Assembly: GCA_046757165.1 (NCBI GenBank)
Contig: JBHHXT010000118.1
Span: 1-13,886, forward strand
DNA length: 13,886 nucleotides
Direction of reading: 5' to 3'
Source of the DNA: a bacterium
Lineage (GTDB): Bacteria; Zhuqueibacterota; Zhuqueibacteria; Oceanimicrobiales; Oceanimicrobiaceae
Part shown: positions 5,795 to 13,219 of the stretch, piece by piece
How positions within the stretch are numbered: position 1 is the first letter of the stretch
How the letters are laid out: each line of letters begins with the position of its first letter
Notes under the pieces: model-generated
What the model saw: the letters and a program-made list of their open reading frames with translations, nothing else
Databases searched by the model: none
What the model was told of the DNA's origin: nothing
Translations under genes and position numbers: made by a program

Positions 5795-7318
5795 TTATCT
5801 CACCTTCACGCCCACAAGACTTGCCAGAAACTTCAAATCTGTCTTTTGGCAGACACCGGTTGCAAGCGCAACCGTTAGATAACTGGCCACGTACGTGGTG
5901 GACTTGGCCGCCAATGCGACGGCCGGGCCCGCATGGAGCCAGCGGTCTAAAAACAGCGCCGGCAGCGCAGCCACGCAAGCGACAAGCAAGGTTTTCAAAT
6001 AGGAACCGAATGGAAAGACGTGTCTGAATTCCACTTCCAGAGCCTGCTTGATCTTGACCAGAAGATAGAACCAGGTCACAAAGCTCGCCACGACGGTCGC
6101 AATCGGTGGCCCGGCAACTCCCATTACCATACACAGCGGGATACTCAACACGACATTGAGCAGAACAACGTAAATCGCGTGATTCGTGACAGCACGCGTC
6201 TGCCCGACCGCCTTGAGCACGGCACTATAGGAGGTCACGCGTTGAAACAGAATCAGGGTGTAGATGCGAAACGGAAGCGCAGCGTTGGCATACTTTTCGG
6301 TAAAGGCCACCACGATAAACTCGTCCGCCACCACGATGAACAGCACCATGACCGGCAAGATGAGCAAAGAGACTTTGCGAATCGCCTGGAACCAGAGCGA
6401 AAGCAGGGTCGTTCGGTCGCCCTGCACGTAGGAAGCCACGAGCTGCGGCATCATGACCATGGCGACTGAATAAGCGATGGTCGGGACAAACGGAATTTCC
6501 TGAGCGCCGATGGAATACTCCGCATAAACAGCCACGGGCAAGAACGCGGCCACGATGTATTTGTCGACATACCGGTTCAGGGTCCAGAGAATGTTCGCCA
6601 CCGCCAGCGGCACCGCGTAGCTAAACGCGGAACCAACGATGCCACTCGGTAGCTCCCCGCCGGCCGTGCGGAAATTTCTCAGAAAAAAACCGCTACTGAC
6701 GAGAAAGCGAAGAATACCATAGCCAACCAGGCAAAGAACGATCACCGACAACGGCTGGCCGAGAAGCGCGGGCACCACAGTGGCACCAAAAAGCACACTG
6801 CTGTTGATCAAATTGAACCAGGCCGCTTGCGTCGTCCGGTCGATGGCCACCAGGACATTCGGCGTCAGGGAGCAAGGCAGGTCCATGAGACACAGAAGGA
6901 CCAACGGCAAGAACAGCCAGCCGACCTCAAACCCCCACATCGGCGCGATAAATGTCAGGCCGATCAGAATGAGCGAACCCGCCGCTCCCAGCAAAAAGAG
7001 CACTCTCGCCATCAGAAGGGCGTAAGTCTTGCGGGATTCGGGGCCGACTCTCTCAAAAAAATAGAAGACGCTCTCCGGAAGACCCAACTGCGACATCATA
7101 CTGACAGTTAGATAAGCGGTCAGAATGAACTGCAACAGCCCGAACTCCTCTTTTGCCAGAACACGTGCCAGAATCACCGCTGAAACAGCCGCAACCAGCT
7201 TGCTGACCGCTCTGCTGACGATAATGACGGTGGCCTTCTTCGCCGTCCTCCGCCCCGATGATTCGGACCGTTTCTCGGTTCGTGCGTCCTGCTGATTGAT
7301 GTCGTCTAACTTGGTCAT
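5795..7318 (-). CDS. Wzx-like oligosaccharide flippase / polysaccharide biosynthesis protein (MOP superfamily), 507 aa
   Basis: About 12-14 hydrophobic segments. Typical segments ILARVLAKEEFGLL, SQLGLPES, FSYAVPLA, VDKYIVAAFL, YAEYSIG and AFTEKYANAA. Confidence 0.85.
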   Translation of the reverse strand: MTKLDDINQQDARTEKRSESSGRRTAKKATVIIVSRAVSKLVAAVSAVILARVLAKEEFGLLQFILTAYLTVSMMSQLGLPESVFYFFERVGPESRKTYALLMARVLFLLGAAGSLILIGLTFIAPMWGFEVGWLFLPLVLLCLMDLPCSLTPNVLVAIDRTTQAAWFNLINSSVLFGATVVPALLGQPLSVIVLCLVGYGILRFLVSSGFFLRNFRTAGGELPSGIVGSAFSYAVPLAVANILWTLNRYVDKYIVAAFLPVAVYAEYSIGAQEIPFVPTIAYSVAMVMMPQLVASYVQGDRTTLLSLWFQAIRKVSLLILPVMVLFIVVADEFIVVAFTEKYANAALPFRIYTLILFQRVTSYSAVLKAVGQTRAVTNHAIYVVLLNVVLSIPLCMVMGVAGPPIATVVASFVTWFYLLVKIKQALEVEFRHVFPFGSYLKTLLVACVAALPALFLDRWLHAGPAVALAAKSTTYVASYLTVALATGVCQKTDLKFLASLVGVKVR

Positions 7319-7396
7319 AGAATTTCACGTAAAACAGCAGCTAATATATTCCTTTTCTCAGGGTTTTGCAACCATAAATCCTGCCGGGAGATAACA

Positions 7397-7597
7397 GCCA
7401 CCCACAAGGGGTGGCGGGTACGGGTGGCGAATTGACACCCGTTTGGGATTGCGTTGACAACACAGCCCAGGGTCAGCGAATACAAAACCCTGGTGAAAAG
7501 GGAAAAGCCAATAAGACAAGTTTCCCAGGAGGGGAACTTCGGCCCTGCGGGCAGGACCGAACTCAGAGGGTTGTGAACCCAAGTGGTCCCGCCCGCA
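7397..7597. other. Array of five GC-rich hairpins; candidate structured RNA or leader
   Basis: Stems at 7397-7403/7409-7415, 7420-7426/7436-7442, 7467-7473/7487-7493, 7518-7526/7531-7539 and 7546-7558/7585-7597 (with inner 7568-7572/7576-7580). No RNA family recognised. Confidence 0.45.
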
Positions 7598-7635
7598 AAG
7601 GAACCCACATTGAAGTTAAGATAACGACAATTTGC

Positions 7636-7663
7636 TTTACATTTGGATCTGCAATTCTATATT
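7636..7663 (+). promoter_or_regulatory. Possible sigma-70 promoter for the ThDP enzyme operon
   Basis: TTTACA-N16-TATATT ending 44 nt before the ATG at 7707, which has an AGGAG RBS. Confidence 0.3.
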
Positions 7664-7706
7664 ACGGTAGCTTTACGAACCATTTATCTCTGGCAGGAGG
7701 CAGCGT

Positions 7707-9347
7707 ATGAAGGCATCCGATCTATTTGTCAAAGCCCTTGAAGCTGAAGGGGTAGAGTTTGTTTTCGGGATTCCGGGCGAGGAGAATCTGGACCTGCTCA
7801 ATTCCCTACGTGGCTCAGCGATCAAGCTCATTCTGACGCGCCACGAGCAGGCGGCCGGCTTTATGGCCTCAACCTATGGGCGTCTCACAGGACGGGCAGG
7901 TCTGTGCCTGTCTACGCTGGGACCGGGCGCGACCAATCTCGTGACAGCCGCGGCCTACGCGCAGCTCGGCGCCATGCCCATGATGATGATCACGGGGCAG
8001 AAGCCCGTCAAGAGCAGCAAGCAGGGTCACTTCCAGATCGTCGACATCGTCGACATGATGCGGCCGTTGACCAAGTACACCCGGCAGATCGTGAGCGGAG
8101 ACAATATTCCCTCGCGGGTGCGCGAGGCGTTTCGCCTGGCGGAGGAGGAGCGGCCCGGCGCGGTCCATCTCGAGCTGCCGGAGGACATCGCCGCAGAAGG
8201 TACCGATGAAGCGGTCATTTGCAAAAGCAAAGTTCGGCGGCCAATCGCTGAGGAGAAGTCTATCGAACAGGCGGTCGAAACGATCGAGCGCGCTCAAAGG
8301 CCTCTGCTTCTCATCGGAGCGGCGGCGAATCGCAAACTCACCTCGAAGATGCTGCGACGCTTTATCGACCGCACGGGCATCCCGTTCTTCAGCACGCAGA
8401 TGGGCAAGGGCGTGCTCGACGAACGCGACCCGCTCTTTCTTGGCAATGCCGCGCTCTCCGACCACGACTTCCTGCACCGCGCTATCCGGCGGGCGGACTT
8501 GATCGTCAACACGGGGCACGATGTGGTGGAAAAACCCCCCTTTTTTATGAAAACCAATGGCGTCAAAGTCATTCACATCAATTTTTCCTCCGCGGCGGTG
8601 GACCCGGTCTACTTCCCGCAGGTCGAGGTCGTCGGCGATATCGCCAACAGCCTGTGGCAGATTTGCGAGAGAATTGAGCCGCAAGAATCATGGGATTTTT
8701 CTTATTTCATGAGGGTAAAGGAACACGTGGAAGCACATCTCATGGAAGGCTTTGATGATGATCGCTTCCCGGTTTATCCCCAGAGGCTGGTGGCGGACGT
8801 CCGCAAGGTCATGCCCTCTGACGGTATCATTGCGCTTGACAATGGTGTCTACAAAATATGGTTCGCAAGAAACTACAAGGCCTATCAGCCCAACACGGTG
8901 CTGCTCGACAACGCTCTGGCTTCGATGGGGGCGGGTCTCCCCTCAGCCATCGCTGCGCACCTGGTTTACCCACAGCGTAAGGTGATGGCCATTTGCGGCG
9001 ATGGCGGCTTCATGATGAACTCGCAGGAGCTCGAGACGGCCGTGCGGTTGAAAATGAATCTCGTGGTCCTGATACTCCGCGATGACGCGTACGGAATGAT
9101 CAAATGGAAGCAGGCCAATATGAACTTTCCCAACTACGGGCTGGATTTTGGTAATCCGGACTTTGTCAAATATGCCGAAAGCTACGGCGCATACGGTCAC
9201 CGGATTGAAAGTGCGCAGGAGTTGGCGCCGCGGCTGTTGGAAGTCCATGACACGCCTGGCGTGCACGTCGTCGATTTGCCAGTGGATTACTCCGACAACG
9301 ACCGCATCCTGAACCGTGAGATCAAGCAAAAGAGCAAGTTGATTTGA
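7707..9347 (+). CDS. Acetolactate synthase large-subunit-like ThDP-dependent enzyme, 546 aa
   Basis: VFGIPGEENL, TRHEQAAGF (ThDP-activating Glu), STLGPGATN, RPGAVHLELPED, ThDP motif GDGGFMMNSQEL and NPDFVKYAESYG. RBS AGGAG. Confidence 0.93.
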   Translation: MKASDLFVKALEAEGVEFVFGIPGEENLDLLNSLRGSAIKLILTRHEQAAGFMASTYGRLTGRAGLCLSTLGPGATNLVTAAAYAQLGAMPMMMITGQKPVKSSKQGHFQIVDIVDMMRPLTKYTRQIVSGDNIPSRVREAFRLAEEERPGAVHLELPEDIAAEGTDEAVICKSKVRRPIAEEKSIEQAVETIERAQRPLLLIGAAANRKLTSKMLRRFIDRTGIPFFSTQMGKGVLDERDPLFLGNAALSDHDFLHRAIRRADLIVNTGHDVVEKPPFFMKTNGVKVIHINFSSAAVDPVYFPQVEVVGDIANSLWQICERIEPQESWDFSYFMRVKEHVEAHLMEGFDDDRFPVYPQRLVADVRKVMPSDGIIALDNGVYKIWFARNYKAYQPNTVLLDNALASMGAGLPSAIAAHLVYPQRKVMAICGDGGFMMNSQELETAVRLKMNLVVLILRDDAYGMIKWKQANMNFPNYGLDFGNPDFVKYAESYGAYGHRIESAQELAPRLLEVHDTPGVHVVDLPVDYSDNDRILNREIKQKSKLI

Positions 9348-9408
9348 GCGTTGTAGTCAGGGTGCCTAAGCCGGACAAGCCCCGAAAAAGACTCGGGATC
9401 TGTGACCG

Positions 9409-9576
9409 GAAATCCCAAATATCAAGTAACAAATCCCAAATAAATCTCAACCTGCAAATCACAATAAACAAAACAACAGCCTCAACACCACTTGCAGAAC
9501 TTTGTTTTTTGTTTGAAATTTAGGAACTTGGGCATTGGGTTTTATTTGTTATTTGGCTTTTGCGATTTGTGATTTC
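9409..9576. repeat. AT-rich long imperfect inverted repeat of degenerate heptamers
   Basis: Left arm AAATCCC AAATATC AAGTAAC AAATCCC...AAATCAC AATAAAC; right arm ...TGTTATT TGGCTTT TGCGATT TGTGATT. The ends GAAATCCCAAAT (9409-9420) / ATTTGTGATTTC (9565-9576) match 11/12. Confidence 0.75.
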
Positions 9577-9679
9577 AAGTCTTGCCCCGACAGTCATCAT
9601 AGGCATATAATTAGGACGGTCGGGGCTTGCCAAAAGACGTCAAGACTTTACAACCAAGGGATTAAAGAAGGACAAGATC

Positions 9680-11119
9680 ATGGCTGAAGAATTTCCCCTT
9701 TTGGTTGCCGGGGCCACGACAAACGATGGACAGGTTGAAGTCACCGCGCCCTACGATGGGACCCCCATCGCAACGGTCACGGCCGCTGATGGCGCCGCGG
9801 TTGAAAAGGCGCTCGAGAACGCTGACAACCTTTATCGCGACCGCGATGCCTGGCTCAAGCCCTATGAAAGAATTCAGGTGCTGGAGAAGGCCGCTGCAAT
9901 TATGTCTCAACGTGCCGAGACCCTGGCTGTGGAAGCTGCGCGTGAAGGGGGGAAACCGTTGCTCGACTCGCGTGTCGAAGTGGCAAGAGCCATCGACGGG
10001 GTCAAAAATGCCATCGAGATCGTGCGCACACAGTCTGGCAAGGAAATTCCCATGAGCTTGAACCCGGCCTCAGAAAACCGGTTGGCTGTCACGCGCAAGG
10101 AGCCGATTGGCGTCGTGGTTGCGGTGAGTGCGTTCAACCATCCGTTGAATTTGATCATCCACCAGGTGGTGCCGGCCGTCGCAGTCGGCTGTCCGGTGAT
10201 TGTCAAGCCAGCCGAGGACACGCCGCTCTCCTGTATGCGGTTGGTGCAGATTCTGCGCGAGGCGGGGTTACCGGAAGAATGGTGCCAGGCTCTGCTGCCC
10301 GGAGATATCAACCTGGCGACTAAGCTGGTCACCGATGAGCGCGTGGCTTTTTTCTCCTTTATCGGAAGTGCGAAAGTCGGGTGGATGCTGCGCTCAAAGC
10401 TGGCTCCGGGCACGCGCTGCGCGCTCGAGCACGGTGGTGCGGCGCCCGTCATTGTTGCCGGCGACGCCGATTTGTCCCGGGCCGTGCCCCTGCTGACAAA
10501 AGCCGGGCTTTATCATGCAGGACAGGTGTGCGTGTCGGTGCAACGAATCTTTGCCCATGAATCGATCGCGCAGGAGTTGACCCGGCGGTTGGCAGAATCC
10601 GCCAGCCAGTTGACCATCGGCGATCCCACGCTTGAGGAAACGCAGGTTGGCCCCCTGATTCGTCCGGCAGAGGTGAACCGGGTAGAGACGTGGGTCAGGG
10701 AAGCGGTGGAAGAAGGGGCCGAAATGGTCACGGGGGGACGCCGTTTATCGAATTCAACGTTCGAGTGCACCGTGCTTTTGAATCCCTCTCTGGATTCAAA
10801 AGTGAGCAAAATGGAAATCTTTGGACCCGTGATCGTTGTTTATCCATATACCGACCTCGATCAAGCCATTGCGCAGGCGAACGCGCTGCCGTATGCTTTC
10901 CAGGCTGCCGTGTTCACGCAAGACCTGGACACCGCGATGCGAGCCTACGCTCGCCTGGATGCGTCAGCGGTCATGGTCAACGACCACACCGCATTTCGGG
11001 TGGATTGGATGCCGTTTGCCGGACTCAAAAGGTCCGGGTTGGCCGTTGGCGGCATACCTTATACGATGCACGATATGCAAATTGACAAAATGTTGGTCGT
11101 GCGGTCCCGGGAGCTTTGA
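9680..11119 (+). CDS. NAD(P)-dependent aldehyde dehydrogenase, 479 aa
   Basis: EPIGVVVAVSAFNHPLNL, VKPAEDTP, SFIGSAKVG, catalytic Glu in LEHGG, catalytic Cys in AGQVCVS, EIFGPV and MPFAGLKRSG. RBS AAGGA. Confidence 0.95.
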   Translation: MAEEFPLLVAGATTNDGQVEVTAPYDGTPIATVTAADGAAVEKALENADNLYRDRDAWLKPYERIQVLEKAAAIMSQRAETLAVEAAREGGKPLLDSRVEVARAIDGVKNAIEIVRTQSGKEIPMSLNPASENRLAVTRKEPIGVVVAVSAFNHPLNLIIHQVVPAVAVGCPVIVKPAEDTPLSCMRLVQILREAGLPEEWCQALLPGDINLATKLVTDERVAFFSFIGSAKVGWMLRSKLAPGTRCALEHGGAAPVIVAGDADLSRAVPLLTKAGLYHAGQVCVSVQRIFAHESIAQELTRRLAESASQLTIGDPTLEETQVGPLIRPAEVNRVETWVREAVEEGAEMVTGGRRLSNSTFECTVLLNPSLDSKVSKMEIFGPVIVVYPYTDLDQAIAQANALPYAFQAAVFTQDLDTAMRAYARLDASAVMVNDHTAFRVDWMPFAGLKRSGLAVGGIPYTMHDMQIDKMLVVRSREL

Positions 11120-11167
11120 GAACCCGGGCCGGTGGCTGACTCAGAAGGAATCTCGATACGGGCACTC

Positions 11168-11824
11168 ATGTTTCTGTTTAAGCAGCTACAACATCTGAAA
11201 CACAAGGCTGAACGCGAAACGCCTGCCGGGGAGAAATCCATTCTGAACCGGTCCGTGGACACGCTGAAAAGGAGTGATCTCGCGGAACAAGCCGTTGGCA
11301 TCGGTGACCGGATGCCCGTCTTTGTGCTCGAGAATGCCGCGGGGGTTGCCATGAGCTCGCAAGAGTTGCTTGCCGACGGTCCGTTGGTGATCAATTTCTA
11401 CCGCGGCAAGTGGTGACCGTTTTGCAATTTGGAGCTGGGAGCTCTGAGAAAAGCCTTGCCAGAATTTCATGCACTCGGTGCGACGCTCGTTGCCATTTCG
11501 CCCCAGTTGCGAGAATTCAACCAGGCGGTCAGCGAGAAACGCCGACTGAATTACGACATTCTGGCGGACCCGGGCAATCGTGTCGCAACCCAGTTCGGCA
11601 TCAGCTACCCGGTCGACGACAAGCTGCGGCAACTTTATCTCAGCCATGGCGTGGACCTGCGCAAATACAATGGCGATGACTCCTGGACGCTTCCCATGCC
11701 TGCCCGGTTTGTTATGGATGCGGCAGGAACTATTCGGTACGTAAGCATCAATCCTGACTACCGCGACCGCGCCGAGCCTGCTGATACCGTGGCGGCGTTG
11801 AGGAATGGGGTGCTGAAGTGGTAG
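11168..11824 (+). CDS. Peroxiredoxin-like (AhpC/TSA, thioredoxin fold) probable selenoprotein with a UxxC motif, ~218 aa
   Basis: Track ORFs 11132-11416 and 11429-11824 share one frame and are separated only by TGA 11414-11416. Read-through gives GPLVINFYRGKW-U-PFCNLELGAL, matching the family motif FYRGxWCPxCNxEL. ATG 11168 is preferred; GTG 11132 is possible. Confidence 0.85.
11429..11447 (+). promoter_or_regulatory. Candidate bacterial SECIS hairpin
   Basis: UUGGAGCU-GGG-AGCUCUGA forms an 8-bp stem (2 G-U pairs). The G-containing apical loop starts 21 nt after the UGA. Confidence 0.6.
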
Positions 11825-11834
11825 GGGAGGACGT

Positions 11835-12185
11835 TTGCAGATAACCAGAATCTACTGTGACTCGAAAGGGGAGTCCCGTTTTCAGGACATTGACATTCCT
11901 CTGAGGGATGCCGGCGAGATTGGCCGGCTCTCTACAAACCTGCCTGTCAACGGTATTGTCTTCCGCGAAAACGATGCTGATTACAACTATGACTGGCATA
12001 CGGCACCACAAAAGCAATACATCATCATGCTGGATGGTGAAATAGAAATTGAAGTCAGTCATGGTGAAATCCGTACGTTCCGTGGCGGTGACATTCTGCT
12101 GGTCGAAGACACGCACGGCAAAGGCCACAGGACTCGGATAACAAACAACCGCCCTCGACGGTCCGTTTTCGTGACGTTGGAGTAG
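11835..12185 (+). CDS. Cupin-fold protein, 116 aa
   Basis: WHTAPQKQYIIMLDGEIEIEVSHGEIRTFRGGDILLVEDTHGKGH carries both cupin motifs. TTG start with a GGGGAGG RBS, 10 nt after the Prx-like stop. Confidence 0.85.
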   Translation: MQITRIYCDSKGESRFQDIDIPLRDAGEIGRLSTNLPVNGIVFRENDADYNYDWHTAPQKQYIIMLDGEIEIEVSHGEIRTFRGGDILLVEDTHGKGHRTRITNNRPRRSVFVTLE

Positions 12186-12332
12186 ATGGGCACCATCCCT
12201 GCAGGATTCACTCCATTCCAAAGCCGCTAGCCCCGCCTGCCATTGGACGCAGCCTCCCTCCGTAACCGCCGGAGATTGCTTCGCCCCGCAAAAAACGCGG
12301 CTCCGCCGGCCTAACTAGTTAGACTCGTTTCT

Positions 12333-12857
12333 TTACTTCTCCGCGATTTCCGGTTCCGTGTACATGCCGCTTCCTATCGCCACCACCCTGTCGCCCAACT
12401 TTGCCTTCATGACGTAGGATGCTTTGGCTGAGGCCTCCGTGGCGCCGGGCCTGGGCCATTTGTAGGAAATCCAGCCGGCCTCGTTGCTCTCGAGCACAGC
12501 CAACATCTCGCGGGTGGGAGATATGCCATCCTCGTCTTGCATGTCGAGCAGGCTCGTCCCCTCCAGATCGGGATTGGCTGCATGGCAGAGCGTGTTGCCC
12601 TCCAGGTCGATCACAAACAGGTACCTGTCTCCCTGAAACCATTTGCTGCCGGCTTGCCGGAAATCAGCGAAAGCCGCTTCACCCCTTGCTTCCAGCTCCG
12701 TCGCGGCCATTTCCACGAAGGCCACGAGCTCGGCCCTGGGGTCAACGGTCTGGCTTTCGGCTGTTTCGTCAACTTCCTCTTGCTTCTGACAACTTATTGC
12801 CAGGCTGGCGATAAGGCACAACCCAATCGCACTGCGAACCCATTGTTTTGTCTCCAT
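12333..12857 (-). CDS. Lipoprotein with a single Cache (sCache_2-like) ligand-binding domain, 174 aa
   Basis: Signal peptide with lipobox LAISC. Cache pattern GDRYLFVIDLEG..LCH..NPDLEG..LLDMQDEDG, GWISYKWPRPG, KASYV and IGSGMY. RBS GGAGG. Confidence 0.85.
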   Translation of the reverse strand: METKQWVRSAIGLCLIASLAISCQKQEEVDETAESQTVDPRAELVAFVEMAATELEARGEAAFADFRQAGSKWFQGDRYLFVIDLEGNTLCHAANPDLEGTSLLDMQDEDGISPTREMLAVLESNEAGWISYKWPRPGATEASAKASYVMKAKLGDRVVAIGSGMYTEPEIAEK

Positions 12858-12933
12858 CGGTTCTCTCCTCCGTTATTTGATGGGTAACATTTGGTTTGAA
12901 CGACAATGAAGGCAATCTAAACGTCGATGTCAA

Positions 12934-12945
12934 GCAAACGTTTGC
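12934..12945. promoter_or_regulatory. LacI-family-type operator candidate
   Basis: Perfect palindrome GCAAACGTTTGC with the central AAACGTTT typical of LacI/PurR-family sites, 77 nt upstream of the Cache gene start. Confidence 0.5.
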
Positions 12946-13166
12946 ATTTTTCCGGACAAAGTGTAACTTTGGTACGACTGGTTCGTCTCAGGACATATGC
13001 ATTCTGATGGGGTCGAGGTGTTCAACCCACTCTGCTTAGTCCCGTGTTTTCTCTGATAAAATAGAAGACTTGATCGATTAAGACATGGCGACCCGGCTCG
13101 AAGTCGCGCCAAATTGAACGCTGCATTTGGCGCGAATGAGCGGTTTGTCAAACAACTCGCGGCAAA

Positions 13167-13188
13167 AGCTTTGCACTTGTGCAAAGCT
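13167..13188. promoter_or_regulatory. Perfect 22-bp operator-like palindrome
   Basis: AGCTTTGCAC-TT-GTGCAAAGCT, 31 nt before the ATG at 13220. Confidence 0.6.
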
Positions 13189-13219
13189 CATTGGTAATTA
13201 CCAAAAAGAGGAGAAGCCC

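Noticed and set aside
7367..7382. Minus-strand sigma-54 promoter for the flippase (AGGATTTATGGTTGCA)
   Set aside because: Spacing and the -12 box fit, but the -24 box is poor; too weak to call.
7358..7710. Short ORFs and known RNA families (riboswitch, 6S, SRP, tRNA, ops/JUMPstart) in the intergenic region
   Set aside because: The ORFs lack RBS or motifs. No family consensus was recognisable, and ACGGTAG at 7664-7670 is not a full GGCGGTAG ops.
7869..8684. 271-aa minus-strand ORF
   Set aside because: Antisense shadow of the ThDP enzyme gene.
11132..11824. Two separate genes or a nonsense pseudogene
   Set aside because: The only interruption is a TGA exactly at the redox Cys codon, with a SECIS-like hairpin and no other decay. 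Selenocysteine recoding is more parsimonious.
13127..13219. 31-aa N-terminal extension of the DUF1579-like ORF
   Set aside because: It runs through two palindromes and lacks an RBS, whereas ATG 13220 has GAGGAG.
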